64,000 nt of DNA from a virus. Taxonomy: Duplodnaviria; Caudoviricetes. The notes below the pieces were generated by a model. The model worked only from the letters and a program-made list of their open reading frames with translations, ran no database searches and had not been told where the DNA came from. The stretch lies in IMG/VR virus record IMGVR_UViG_3300020048_000093, positions 13,745-77,744 of that record. One strand, written 5' to 3'. Below are positions 7,908-18,514 of the stretch, piece after piece. The position numbers were made by a program, and so were the translations under genes. Positions within the stretch are counted from its first letter, which is position 1. Each line of letters opens with the position of its first letter.

Positions 7908-9377
7908 ATGATTTTGGTACGTGTAAATAAAGCAATGATCGATGCGTTGATGGAAAAGTCTCGCAAAGGGACGCATTTGGTCCCTGAAAAGAGAATAGTT
8001 ACCCGTGACGGAAAGACCTTCCAGATGACTGTGTGGGTGGATCCCAGGGACAAAGCGGCACCGGCGCAGGGTGGTTTTGACTTTGATGAAAAACCCGTTG
8101 CAAAGAAGAATACCAAAACAGCTGCGGAAATGAATAAAGAAGTATCTGATAAACGAAAAAAGGACGCCTCCTATGAATATCGAGCGAAAGGCGATATGGT
8201 ACAGGTAAGGAAGCCAGGTTCTTCTACATGGGACAATCTTGCACCTACAAAGGATGCCGTTACAGCAAAAAAGCTTTCGGAAAAAATGAATGATGATGAC
8301 GCTTCAGAAGCGCAGATCGACGCAGGTGGGGAAGCCGCACGAGCTCAGGATGACTTCGCCGAACACATGATTGGCAAGGGAAATCTAAAATCTGGTAAAC
8401 TAAAGGATATATCAGTATTGCTCGATAGGCAATTTGGTGTAGATTTGTTGCCAGAAGAGGTTTCTGATTATCTCAGCAAACACGGCATCAGTGATAAAGG
8501 TCTTTCAGTTGATATAGCCGCTTCGATAAGCAAGAAACTGAGATCAGACCTTGTTGGCTTGGCAGGTGGCGGACATACGGTACCAAAAGTTACAACGACC
8601 GAAAAAGCAAATCGTACGCGAAGTGAGATACTCAAGGAAGCAAGCTTAGCCTTGGATGAAGTAAGAAATTTCCACTATCACGGAGACAAATTCAATACAA
8701 CATACGAGTTGGCACGTGCAATTGGAAACGGTGAGATTGACACTGCATCCGCCTTGCATGAAGTTCGCGAAGCGTTCTCCATGATGACAAACCGCAAGCT
8801 GCACAATGGGAAGTTCCCAGATACTTACGCGATTGCAAACGCTATAGACGAATTGAAGAAACCAAGCAATGAAACCCTTGAACAGAAAAAGGTTAAAACT
8901 TCTGTAGAACCAGAAGTAACCTATGAAAAATATCATCATCACGGAGATGACGATGCAATGAACTACAAGGAAATGCCAAAGGATACGCCAAAAGAATCCG
9001 TCAAAAAAAACGAAAGCCTTCTTTCAAAGCTTGGGATCGGGCCAGTTACGGAAGCTGAAAATGAAGAATTTGAACAGTTTATGGTTTGGGAAAAGGAAAA
9101 TAAATATCAAGCAAGGAATAGCAGCAGTCCGTATCAGGCAAGAAAGGACCTAAAAAAAATACAGGAGCTAATGGAGATACATCCTGTTGTTTTGATTCCT
9201 GTGATGGAAAAATTGTATGCGCAGGGGGTGAATTCCGACGCACTTGCGCCTTTCGTGAGTATAATTAAAAAAACGCGAGAGACAGGTAGTCCTTTTACGG
9301 TAGATAAGCCCATGAAATTCGGTATAGAAAAGTCTATCGGCCTGTTCGTCCAGGGTATGATTAAGGGCAAAAAATAA
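7908..9377 (+). CDS. Putative capsid-packaged protein with shared N-terminal sorting motif
   Basis: EKSRKGTHLVPEKRIVTRDGKTFQMTVWVDP then QGGFDF; lies between portal and MuF. Confidence 0.75.
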   Translation: MILVRVNKAMIDALMEKSRKGTHLVPEKRIVTRDGKTFQMTVWVDPRDKAAPAQGGFDFDEKPVAKKNTKTAAEMNKEVSDKRKKDASYEYRAKGDMVQVRKPGSSTWDNLAPTKDAVTAKKLSEKMNDDDASEAQIDAGGEAARAQDDFAEHMIGKGNLKSGKLKDISVLLDRQFGVDLLPEEVSDYLSKHGISDKGLSVDIAASISKKLRSDLVGLAGGGHTVPKVTTTEKANRTRSEILKEASLALDEVRNFHYHGDKFNTTYELARAIGNGEIDTASALHEVREAFSMMTNRKLHNGKFPDTYAIANAIDELKKPSNETLEQKKVKTSVEPEVTYEKYHHHGDDDAMNYKEMPKDTPKESVKKNESLLSKLGIGPVTEAENEEFEQFMVWEKENKYQARNSSSPYQARKDLKKIQELMEIHPVVLIPVMEKLYAQGVNSDALAPFVSIIKKTRETGSPFTVDKPMKFGIEKSIGLFVQGMIKGKK

Positions 9378-9379
9378 GC

Positions 9380-10714
9380 ATGGAATATAAACTCACAGTC
9401 CAGAACGTCAACGATACCAACCGGCGACATAAATACCTGGCGGCGGTAGATTCTCTGGCCAAGGCCATGAAGGTACCGGTGTCGCTCAAGCCAAAGAAGT
9501 CCGACAAGGAAGAGAAATTCCCGTATCGTTCCTATCAGGATCTTGTGCAAAAGTGGGTTTATTACTATGCCGGTATGCTGGACCAGATATATGATACGGC
9601 TTGTGAGGTGTTTGACCTTCCAAAGATTCAGACATTCAGCAAGGCTGCGTATTCTGGAAAGCTCATGTACAAGGGCAAGATTCTATATCAGCCAGACACC
9701 GGATTGCCGATAACCAACAAACAGTGGAATGACTTCGTAAAGGCACTGGACCGGTATCTTAATCAAGGGCTTGAGAATGCCGGAGACAGAATCGTTCTTG
9801 ATTCGCAAGCCCTCGGGAAAATCCTTGATCGTATGCTCAAATACCAGTCATGGGGCGGGATAAAAAACACCAGATTGGAAGACATGCTTTACAAGAAACA
9901 TAATTTTGACTATTTATCCGATGAAAGAAACTATCGCAAGGTGTTCGGGGTTCCGGATTATGAGGCAGACCGACTGACCGTGGCAAAAGAGCATTGCGCC
10001 ATGTATATTCGGGGTATTGAGGATCAAACCAGGACGGCGATAAAAAAGACTTTCATAGCCGGAATAAAGGAGCGGAAGTCAAAAAGTGCCGTCTCCCAGG
10101 ATTTGTTCGACAAGTTCGGATCATTGAATAAGGACTGGCAGCGGATAGTTGAAACGGAAACAAACGACAATTTGAACACCGGAATACTGTTATCAGAACG
10201 AACGGTAATGAAAGAAGGCGATAAGCTCTATTTCCAGCGCATTGAAATGAAGGATGAAATAACTTGCGATCACTGCAACCGGATAAACGGCATGGTGGTG
10301 TTATGGTCAGATACGGCTCTTGAAGACGAAAGAATTCAAGACCAATATGCTGACGTAGCGATATGGGAAGGAAAGACCCGCGTGGGACATGGATCGAAAG
10401 ACGAATGGGTAGCGGCCGGCAGTCAGCATCCCTGGTGCAGGGGGCTATGGACAAAGTGGAATCAACCGGAAGAAGGCGAGACAATCAGCCTGCATGACGC
10501 GGCCATAGCAAAGATGAAAAGCCGTGAAGCAGCATGGGGAGCAGCGGTAAAACAGGCAACTTCCGAATTCAACAATAGCGGTACTAAGAACCCGGACGAT
10601 ACGACGGCCGGCTTCCGTGAACGGATCAACGAGCTTTACAATGCTTCGGGCGAAAACGATAAGGGCAAGTGGGCGAAGGACTGGTTCAAGAATAACTGGC
10701 AAGGAGACGAATGA
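9380..10714 (+). CDS. MuF / SPP1 gp7-like minor head protein
   Basis: WQRIVETE, TCDHC, HPWCRG motifs; head-module position. Confidence 0.88.
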   Translation: MEYKLTVQNVNDTNRRHKYLAAVDSLAKAMKVPVSLKPKKSDKEEKFPYRSYQDLVQKWVYYYAGMLDQIYDTACEVFDLPKIQTFSKAAYSGKLMYKGKILYQPDTGLPITNKQWNDFVKALDRYLNQGLENAGDRIVLDSQALGKILDRMLKYQSWGGIKNTRLEDMLYKKHNFDYLSDERNYRKVFGVPDYEADRLTVAKEHCAMYIRGIEDQTRTAIKKTFIAGIKERKSKSAVSQDLFDKFGSLNKDWQRIVETETNDNLNTGILLSERTVMKEGDKLYFQRIEMKDEITCDHCNRINGMVVLWSDTALEDERIQDQYADVAIWEGKTRVGHGSKDEWVAAGSQHPWCRGLWTKWNQPEEGETISLHDAAIAKMKSREAAWGAAVKQATSEFNNSGTKNPDDTTAGFRERINELYNASGENDKGKWAKDWFKNNWQGDE

Positions 10715-13700
10715 TGAATGCATTCCAAAGACTAATGATACCGGTTCAAGATATGCTAGAAAAGGCTCGGCGATATAACCCGAAACTGGTACAGAGAACA
10801 ATAACCGTTACGAATAAAGACGGAACAACATACACCAAGCGGGCATGGGTAGACCCTACCGAAAAGGACGCTGAAAAGCCGAAGAATGTACAGTTCGATC
10901 TTTTCGGAGGCGACGATGCCCCTATTCTCGCCGTTTCGGTGGAAAAAAAGGCCGATAGCGGCACGGTGAATAACCGGACAGATACAGGAGAGGAATCGAA
11001 CGATATCAAGAGCGTTCGGCAGCGTGTTTTCAATTCCATGAAAAGAGAAGGGTATACTCAAAAAGAGGCGGATTACAGTACTGAATTCAAGAAACGGGTG
11101 TCAGATACTCTCAAAAAGAAAGCAGAAATCAGTGCCCGAAACAGGGAAAAAACCAATGTTTTGCCCGTAAAAGGCCCAGAAACTACCCGTAAACAGGTGG
11201 AATTACCTGAAATTGAGGGCGAAAAACAAGCCGTTTACGATACCGTACATGAAACCCCGCCAAGCAACCGTGGTGATTTGGACGTTTCAATAGTTGATAC
11301 CGACTTCAGGGATTATGGATCATGGTCCGGAAAAGGAAAGAACCTCAATCCAGCTGCACGAGGAAAGCTCAATCAAGAGGTTGCGGAATTACTTTTGAAA
11401 AGCCGGGATTCTCTCACAGAAGAGGACAAGGGAAAGATTCAGAAATATTCAGGCTTCGGCGGGGTGAAGGCAGCCGACGAGCGCGGGGTGCTTTATGACT
11501 TTTACACCTCTCCGCCTGTCGCAAAGATGGCATGGAAGATGCTGGACAAGATAGTTCCAGTCCAAGCAGGGGAATCGGTGCTTGAACCCTCGTGCGGATC
11601 GGGAGTGTTCTTTGACGTTACTCCTGCCGGCGTGGAGAAAACCGGCGTCGAGTTGGATACCAGGACGGCCGCAGTTGCCTCTATCCTTCAGGAAGGCGCA
11701 AACATACATACCGGATCATTCGAGCAATTCAATATGCACAACACCAAGCGGTTTTCACGGGTTATAGGCAATGCGCCTTTCGGGGACCGGTCGGTTACAA
11801 CCTCATTCATGGATATGCCGGAAGAAAAAAGCCTTGATAAGTATTTTATATCTCGGTCAATTGACGCTCTTGTGGACGGCGGGTCAATGGGGCTTATTGT
11901 GCATCCGGGTGTGCTCGATGGGAAAAGCAACAGGGATTGGCGAGCCGAACTCCAAAAGAAGGGTCAGTTCATGGGAGCGGTACGGTTGCCGAACGGATCA
12001 TTTAAGCATACACAGACCGGCGTGCAGCCGGATATGCTTTTTTTCCGCAAGTATCCCGAAGAGGTCCAGAAGCGACTCGATCAGCTCGATGAGTCCGGCC
12101 TGAAGGAAGCGGGTTTCTGGCACGAGGGATGGGCGGAAGGAACCTACTACGATGAAAACAAGACCCATATCCTCGGGGAGCTAAATGAGGGAGGTGGAAA
12201 CTGGGGATCGGACGTTGTTGAAGGGGACCTTTCACTATCAGATATGGACAAGGCAATAGCGACATTCAATCCAGAACCGGACAAAACAACCGCTGATTTG
12301 GACAAACTAAACAGCATGACGACAAAACTGGCCGGCGAAAATAAAAAAGTGGAATCCATGCTTACCGAATCAGAGGCCGAGGCGGTTGCCTGTAAAACAC
12401 TTTCCGTTGGCATGACAAAGAGCATTGACGGAAAAGTCTACCGGCTCAATGAAAACCATCGTTGGGAACTGGTAAAGGGAGCCGACGAAACAACTTCTGA
12501 AAAGCTGGAAAAAGTGAAAGCCATTGCCGAGAAGGTGAAGGCGATCCGGGAAGCGATGCATAATGACGAACCGGTAGATGATCTCCAGAGGGAGGCCCGT
12601 ACTCTGCTCCAGGACTATAAAGATGAGCATGGGACAAACCCGATGGATGACAAGGATGTAAAGCGCCTGCTTACGGCCCATGCCTCACTTTCCGGAGTGT
12701 ACGAGGGCCTGGTCGATATAGATGATGATATTCTCAACAAACAGAATGTATACGCCAAAGAGATTGATATTGTGGACGGCCATAATCCGGCCGTCACGGC
12801 CCTTCTTACCCTGCAGAAAAACATGCTGGAAGCAACACCTGCAAACATACAGAGTTACTTTCCAAACGATATCGACGCGCTTATGAAGGAATTACAGGAC
12901 AACAAAGACTGCTTCCTGACACCTGACGGAAGCTGGGAGCTGCGGGAAGACTTCATTGCCGGTGACGCGTGGGTAAAAATTGATGCCCTGAAAGCCGCAA
13001 TCGAGGAACACGATGGAGATAAATGGGTCAATGAGCGGGCAAAGTGGCAAGCGGGAATTACCGATCTGGAAGCGGCAGTTGGCTGGACAAGCATCGAAGA
13101 AGCCGAATTTACGCCTCAATCTTCATGGATTCCTGAAGAAATCATAAATAAATGGGCCAAAGACCCGGACGGAATGGCTATTCAATATGCCCTGTCAGAC
13201 AAGGTTCTTTCCCGGAACGAAGAGGGAAAGTGGGGCGTCAAGGGAACGAAAGACAAATATATCCGTCCCAAAAACTGGCGGGATGAGGGTGAAACGATAG
13301 AAGCTGGAACTTGGTACCCATTGAATGACGAAATCGCTTATTTTCTCAATCTGCAAAAACAGCGATCAAAGAATATCGATACCGAAACGTATGACACCAA
13401 CGCACGGGAAAACTTCAAGAACTGGGTAGCAAACAATCCGAATGTTCGGATGGAGCTCGAAGCACTGTTTAACCGTAAGTTCAATTGTGATATCGGTACG
13501 CCTACTAAAACCTATGCGGTAAAGATAGACGGTTGGAATCCGTCCGTTATCTTGGGCGGGCATCAGTGGCAGACGATCCACCACCTCTATCGCGCCGGGA
13601 AGGGTATTACGGCTCTAGGTACTGGCTTTGGCAAGACACTGGCTTCGGTTGGCCTTATGGCCCTGCTTCGACAAGAAGGCAAGGTGAAGCGCCCTATGGT

Positions 13701-16446
13701 GCAGGTCCCTAACAATAAGGTCAAAGACTGGGTAAAGACGTTTGCAAAGGCCATGCCGGGCCTCAAAGTCGGATCCGTTGATCCTGAATCTGAAGGATAC
13801 GGCAATCAAGTCAAGCGCTATAAAATGTACCAGGATCTTGCAAATGGCGATTACGATGTAATAATCCTGCCTGAATCGTCGGCAACCGAAATTCAATTGA
13901 GTGAGGAAGAGGACGCCAGGATAACTTCGGACGTTGTATCTGCTCAGATTATGGACAAGACTGCGGGGAAGAGTGACCGGAAGGTGGCAACCGCGAAAGA
14001 ATCGGCTCTTGGAAAGATGCAGAACGGAAAAACAAACAAAACCATTTCGTTTGAGGATCTTGGATGCGATGCGCTTTTCGTAGATGAGGCCCATAACTAC
14101 AAAAATTTGTTCAGCAGCACGCTGTCCAGGGAAACAGGAATGAATGACGGTCGCCGTTCAGATCGCGCCATGAGTCTGTTCAAGAAAAGTGAGTTTATAC
14201 GACATTCACATGATGGAAAAAACGTGTTCCTTTGCACGGCAACACCGCTTACGAATTCGCCTCTCGAATACTACAATATGCTCATGCACGTAGCACCGGA
14301 AATGCTTACAAAGCTGTCGATAAACAATATCGATGACTTTATCAGGAATTTCGCCGATATCGAAACGGGCATGAAGTGCGACTGGGGATCGGGAAAAGCC
14401 AAAGAAGGCCGGATACTGAAGGGATTCAAGAATCTCCGGTCCCTGCAAGATATGTTTTTCAAGTATACCGATCTTCAGAACGATTCAACAAAAATCGGTC
14501 TGGCAAAGCCGTCCGCAAACAATGTTCCCAATGTGATACCAATGCAGAAGGAGCAAACGGAAGAATTGCGTGATATATCGGCCCAGCTTGAAGAATTCAA
14601 AAACGCAAGCAAAGACGAAAAGGCCGCAAAATATGAAGGAGAGAATTATCTTACCTTCTATTCCAGGATGCGGACCGCTTCACTCGATCTTGAGCTCTAT
14701 GATCCGGTAAAGTACAAGGGGTGGAAAAACCCGAAGCTCGAAAAGCTTGCCCAGAACGCAATGGACAGCTTTACAGCGACTTCAGGGGGGCAGGTGATAT
14801 TCTGCGACCGGGTATTGTCCGGGGACGGCTCCATGAACATGCACGATAAGATCAAGGCCGAATTAGTTGCCAAAGGATTCAAGGAATCTGAAATTGTCGT
14901 AGTAAACGGGACAACAAAGACCGGAGGGGCAAAAAGTGATTCTGCCCTTGAGCACCTGGTATCCGAAGCGATAGACGGCTTCAATACGGGAAAGTACAAG
15001 GTTATAATCGGGACGACGCCTACGCTCGGGGAGGGTGTTAACCTTCAGAAAAATAGTGCAGCCCTCCATCATTTTGATATTCCATACCGTCCCTCAGACT
15101 TCATTCAGCGAAACGGTCGTATCGACCGTCAGGGAAACAAGCAGGGGGATGTTGCGCTGCACACGTACCTTTCGGCCGGCACAATCGACAATTACTCGGT
15201 CAATCTGGTCCAGAACAAGGCAAACTGGATCGACCAGCTCTTGAAAACGAAGTCGAACGTGTTCATGAACCCGAATGATGACTCGTATGTTGATCCGGAC
15301 GAATTGCTATTGGCCCTCACGGAAGAATGGGGAGACAAGGATAAGGCCGTAGATCGAAGAGCCGAAATGAACAAAATCAAGGCAGACAAGATTCAGGAAG
15401 CCAATCAAAACAAGGTTCATGACATGATGGGGGCATTGAGCCAGATGCGCGGTTCAATAAATGGATATCAGGGGGACAAGGGAACGGTACAATATCAGAA
15501 CCGGGTCAGGAAAATTCAAAGCATCGAAGATTCTCTCCGTAACAATACCGAATTCAAGAATCTCGATTTGCTTACAGAAAACCCTCCCGATTTTATCTAT
15601 GACAAGAAAAAGAGGCGAGCATACCAGAAAGGCGATAAATTCATGCTCACGGATGGAATTTTTGAGGTGAAATCGATAAACCATAAAAATCAGAAAATGG
15701 TACTCGTGGGTCTTGATGGGGCAACCAGCACAGAATGGTCGGCCAGTGATGGTTTGTATGGAAACTATTCGTACAAAGGAAAGGCCAACGACGAAGAGAT
15801 AAAGAAACTCCAGACGCTTTACTCCCAAAATGAATATGCCGAACAAACACCGGAATTCAAGAAGGATAATTACAAACGGTATATGTCGTTTGTTAAAATC
15901 AGACCACAAGATTTAATTTTCGAGGCACGCGAGGATACTGAGGGAAAAATCCGTATAGGACGGGTAAGCAGCTATACGCAGCGGGATCGGACACCGAGCT
16001 CGCTCATCAATCCGTATGAACCGGAAGGACGTTCCCGTATCGAAGCATACTTGAAGGGAAACGATCATGAAAACATGGATGCCTCTGCCGCGAGTGACCC
16101 GGTATTCAAAGAACTGGGGCTATCGGAAGGAATAAAAACGGCAGTAATAGCCGATTATCATGCCAAACCGGAGTCGAAGTTTATCGATGCAGAAGTTGGT
16201 AGTACCTGGGTTAGTGCCAAATCGATAGCGGAGAAGATGAACGTTGCTCTTGGTAATTCCGAAAATGACAAGGTACGGGAGTATGATATAAAGAACGTAG
16301 CAGAGATGCACCCTGACTACGAGACTGATTATGAACGAATCGGGCGTGATTATGATTGGCGAATACGTCGTAAATCGGTAGAAAAGGCAATAAAATCTGG
16401 CTATCTAAAACCGCAAAAACTGCTTATAATGGGCATAAAGAGGTGA
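10711..16446 (+). CDS. DarB-like N6-MTase-fold plus SNF2 (DExH) helicase fusion, putative injected protein
   Basis: YSGFGG, FYTSP, LEPSCGSG, GNAPFG (MTase); LGTGFGKT (13615), DEAH (14083), QRNGRIDRQG (helicase); shared N-terminal motif. Confidence 0.9.
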   Translation: MMNAFQRLMIPVQDMLEKARRYNPKLVQRTITVTNKDGTTYTKRAWVDPTEKDAEKPKNVQFDLFGGDDAPILAVSVEKKADSGTVNNRTDTGEESNDIKSVRQRVFNSMKREGYTQKEADYSTEFKKRVSDTLKKKAEISARNREKTNVLPVKGPETTRKQVELPEIEGEKQAVYDTVHETPPSNRGDLDVSIVDTDFRDYGSWSGKGKNLNPAARGKLNQEVAELLLKSRDSLTEEDKGKIQKYSGFGGVKAADERGVLYDFYTSPPVAKMAWKMLDKIVPVQAGESVLEPSCGSGVFFDVTPAGVEKTGVELDTRTAAVASILQEGANIHTGSFEQFNMHNTKRFSRVIGNAPFGDRSVTTSFMDMPEEKSLDKYFISRSIDALVDGGSMGLIVHPGVLDGKSNRDWRAELQKKGQFMGAVRLPNGSFKHTQTGVQPDMLFFRKYPEEVQKRLDQLDESGLKEAGFWHEGWAEGTYYDENKTHILGELNEGGGNWGSDVVEGDLSLSDMDKAIATFNPEPDKTTADLDKLNSMTTKLAGENKKVESMLTESEAEAVACKTLSVGMTKSIDGKVYRLNENHRWELVKGADETTSEKLEKVKAIAEKVKAIREAMHNDEPVDDLQREARTLLQDYKDEHGTNPMDDKDVKRLLTAHASLSGVYEGLVDIDDDILNKQNVYAKEIDIVDGHNPAVTALLTLQKNMLEATPANIQSYFPNDIDALMKELQDNKDCFLTPDGSWELREDFIAGDAWVKIDALKAAIEEHDGDKWVNERAKWQAGITDLEAAVGWTSIEEAEFTPQSSWIPEEIINKWAKDPDGMAIQYALSDKVLSRNEEGKWGVKGTKDKYIRPKNWRDEGETIEAGTWYPLNDEIAYFLNLQKQRSKNIDTETYDTNARENFKNWVANNPNVRMELEALFNRKFNCDIGTPTKTYAVKIDGWNPSVILGGHQWQTIHHLYRAGKGITALGTGFGKTLASVGLMALLRQEGKVKRPMVQVPNNKVKDWVKTFAKAMPGLKVGSVDPESEGYGNQVKRYKMYQDLANGDYDVIILPESSATEIQLSEEEDARITSDVVSAQIMDKTAGKSDRKVATAKESALGKMQNGKTNKTISFEDLGCDALFVDEAHNYKNLFSSTLSRETGMNDGRRSDRAMSLFKKSEFIRHSHDGKNVFLCTATPLTNSPLEYYNMLMHVAPEMLTKLSINNIDDFIRNFADIETGMKCDWGSGKAKEGRILKGFKNLRSLQDMFFKYTDLQNDSTKIGLAKPSANNVPNVIPMQKEQTEELRDISAQLEEFKNASKDEKAAKYEGENYLTFYSRMRTASLDLELYDPVKYKGWKNPKLEKLAQNAMDSFTATSGGQVIFCDRVLSGDGSMNMHDKIKAELVAKGFKESEIVVVNGTTKTGGAKSDSALEHLVSEAIDGFNTGKYKVIIGTTPTLGEGVNLQKNSAALHHFDIPYRPSDFIQRNGRIDRQGNKQGDVALHTYLSAGTIDNYSVNLVQNKANWIDQLLKTKSNVFMNPNDDSYVDPDELLLALTEEWGDKDKAVDRRAEMNKIKADKIQEANQNKVHDMMGALSQMRGSINGYQGDKGTVQYQNRVRKIQSIEDSLRNNTEFKNLDLLTENPPDFIYDKKKRRAYQKGDKFMLTDGIFEVKSINHKNQKMVLVGLDGATSTEWSASDGLYGNYSYKGKANDEEIKKLQTLYSQNEYAEQTPEFKKDNYKRYMSFVKIRPQDLIFEAREDTEGKIRIGRVSSYTQRDRTPSSLINPYEPEGRSRIEAYLKGNDHENMDASAASDPVFKELGLSEGIKTAVIADYHAKPESKFIDAEVGSTWVSAKSIAEKMNVALGNSENDKVREYDIKNVAEMHPDYETDYERIGRDYDWRIRRKSVEKAIKSGYLKPQKLLIMGIKR

Positions 16447-16449
16447 ATT

Positions 16450-16833
16450 ATGTTTTATGACAATGAATTTGTTGATACATTGGAGAAAAGCCTCAAGATT
16501 CCGGCAGGGATACCCTATTTATACCAGATGGCGAAAACCATCGGGGACATGCTGGAAACAAACAAAATGATATACAAATCTTTCGGCGTATACTGGTGGG
16601 CAATGAAAGAGGCACTACAGGCCTATTGTCCAAACAGGAACGCATGGTTCATGGGAACTTACACGGATCACCTCATGAAAGAACGGGCGTGGCATGGTTC
16701 TTTGTTCCGATCCGTTCTTGCAGCGGTATACTATCATAGCCAGCAGGACACCTATACCAGTGACCATTACTGGGAAGACAGCGATGGAATCGAGCACGAT
16801 TACACGCTTTTCGATGAAGACGCGGGATGCTGA
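16450..16833 (+). CDS. Hypothetical protein downstream of the DarB-like gene
   Basis: RBS gaggtg; begins LEKSLKIPAG. Confidence 0.8.
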   Translation: MFYDNEFVDTLEKSLKIPAGIPYLYQMAKTIGDMLETNKMIYKSFGVYWWAMKEALQAYCPNRNAWFMGTYTDHLMKERAWHGSLFRSVLAAVYYHSQQDTYTSDHYWEDSDGIEHDYTLFDEDAGC

Positions 16834-18191
16834 AGTCAATAATTTTCGGGGGTGGGAATATGCAAGGATTGATAGTAAAGGGTAAAAAACCCGTCGCGCA
16901 GCCGGTGCTGGGTATTCCCGTTACCCATGAAATGGTAAAAGCATTGAATACGGGAAAGCTTGTCCAGAAGAAAATACAGGTGACAAATAAGTCTGGAAAA
17001 ACCTTCCAGGTAAACAAGTGGGTAAAGCCGGATCAAGGCGGTTCATCCGGAAAACCCAAAAAAGACCCTGAAGACGTTCGAGGTTCGAAGCACGGATACG
17101 GTATGCACAATATCCAGAACGGGGACAAAATATCGTTCAAATCGAATGGAAAAACAATGATGGGTACGGTAGTTGACGATTCCAGCCTTGACGGATTGGT
17201 CGTAAAAGATGCCGTGGGAGATAAGTTTCCAGTGGCGTGGAAGGAAATAACCGGATTCAGGTCGAGTACAGGATCAAAGGTCCCTCGGGACAAAGATGGA
17301 TCCGGTAAAGGCGGGGGAGGTAAGGGTGGCGGCCGGGATGATGATGGAAATGTCACAGAGAATAGCCCGGATTTTATTAGCCCTGAAAAGTTCAATGCAG
17401 CAGAATGGAAAGTCCAGCATGATGATCCAAACGCAACGGAGGAAAGCGTGCTTGAGAGTTTTGGCAAAGATACCAATGAAATAAAAAAGGCCATATCAAC
17501 GACTCAGGCTAGACTGAAGCGTCTTGAACAAACCATTCATACGCATAGGCTAGCAGGAGAGGGAGAAAATGCGGTTTATGATGATGAGCGCACGCAAAAG
17601 CATGTAGAAATTATTAAAAAGATTTTAACGCCAGAAAAAATACGGGGAGCCATGCCTGAAGAGGGTAAAAGACCAACCTTCACAATGCTAGGAGGCCGTG
17701 GCGGTTCGGGTAAGTCATGGTTTGATGGACAGGTTTATCATTCGGATAAAGCAATAGTTCTGGATGCCGATGAGATTAAGGGCATGCTTCCGGAATATGA
17801 GGGATATAATGCTGAACAGGTTCACGAAGAGTCAAGTGATATTCTTGAACGTATTCTTGCAATGGCAAAAGAACAAGGCTTGAATGTAGTTCTTGATGCA
17901 ACCATGAAAACAGAAAAATCAGCTATGAGGAAAATCGAAGCTTTCAAAGGTTCTGGATATCGAATCGAGGCCCACTATATGCACCTCCCTCGTCAGGAAG
18001 CAGCAAAGCGGGCAGTATCAAGATTTATGGGAAAGACTAAACGGTATGTACCTATCGGTGTTGTTTTGTCGAATACCGGAAACGAAGCAACATTTGAAGC
18101 CGTCAAGAAACATGCTGACGCCTGGAGCTTCCGAGACAACAATGTTGAGAGGGGTCAGGAACCGAAACTTATTTCGGAATACAAGGCTTGA
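16827..18191 (+). CDS. Zeta-toxin-like P-loop kinase with shared N-terminal motif and SH3-like module
   Basis: MLGGRGGSGKS (17691), DADEIK, HEES, NVVLDATM, RAVSRF motifs. Confidence 0.85.
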   Translation: MLKSIIFGGGNMQGLIVKGKKPVAQPVLGIPVTHEMVKALNTGKLVQKKIQVTNKSGKTFQVNKWVKPDQGGSSGKPKKDPEDVRGSKHGYGMHNIQNGDKISFKSNGKTMMGTVVDDSSLDGLVVKDAVGDKFPVAWKEITGFRSSTGSKVPRDKDGSGKGGGGKGGGRDDDGNVTENSPDFISPEKFNAAEWKVQHDDPNATEESVLESFGKDTNEIKKAISTTQARLKRLEQTIHTHRLAGEGENAVYDDERTQKHVEIIKKILTPEKIRGAMPEEGKRPTFTMLGGRGGSGKSWFDGQVYHSDKAIVLDADEIKGMLPEYEGYNAEQVHEESSDILERILAMAKEQGLNVVLDATMKTEKSAMRKIEAFKGSGYRIEAHYMHLPRQEAAKRAVSRFMGKTKRYVPIGVVLSNTGNEATFEAVKKHADAWSFRDNNVERGQEPKLISEYKA

Positions 18192-18216
18192 TAAAGCTAT
18201 CGTATAGTATTATAGT
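18188..18216 (+). promoter_or_regulatory. Internal promoter for the 51-aa ORF
   Basis: TTGATA, 17 bp, TATAGT; the -35 overlaps the Zeta stop codon. Confidence 0.7.
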
Positions 18217-18232
18217 TCAATAGGAGGCAATT

Positions 18233-18388
18233 ATGGACATTCTTAAAGTAGATCCAGATTATGATTGTGCAGATACAGATAGTCGATTTGAAGATATGCC
18301 GAAAGTCTTCCAGGATTTATCGAAAGAGCTTTTCGAGAAGGCCAAAAAAAAGCCTGAAGAAAACAACAAAGATAGTGAAGAAAAATAA
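18233..18388 (+). CDS. Small acidic protein (51 aa), candidate antitoxin/immunity (not in ORF track)
   Basis: RBS aggagg; MDILKVDPDYDCADTDSRFEDMPKVFQDLSKELFEKAKKKPEENNKDSEEK*. Confidence 0.75.
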   Translation: MDILKVDPDYDCADTDSRFEDMPKVFQDLSKELFEKAKKKPEENNKDSEEK

Positions 18389-18391
18389 ATC

Positions 18392-18419
18392 AAAAGGGTC
18401 CCTTCGGGGGCCTTTTTTA
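18392..18419 (+). terminator. Intrinsic terminator
   Basis: GGGTCCC-TTCG-GGGGCCT hairpin followed by a T tract. Confidence 0.85.
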
Positions 18420-18514
18420 TTTGGTAATGATGTATAGATCATGCATGGCAAGGTATTGTATAATAAATGCAAGTTGCTTCATCATATCCAGTAAATGAAG
18501 GCGGGCAAGCCAGA

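Noticed and set aside
11740-11790. GNAPFG as an inactivated MTase motif IV
   Set aside because: DarB-type proteins commonly deviate from NPPY/F (e.g. NVPF), so inactivity cannot be inferred.
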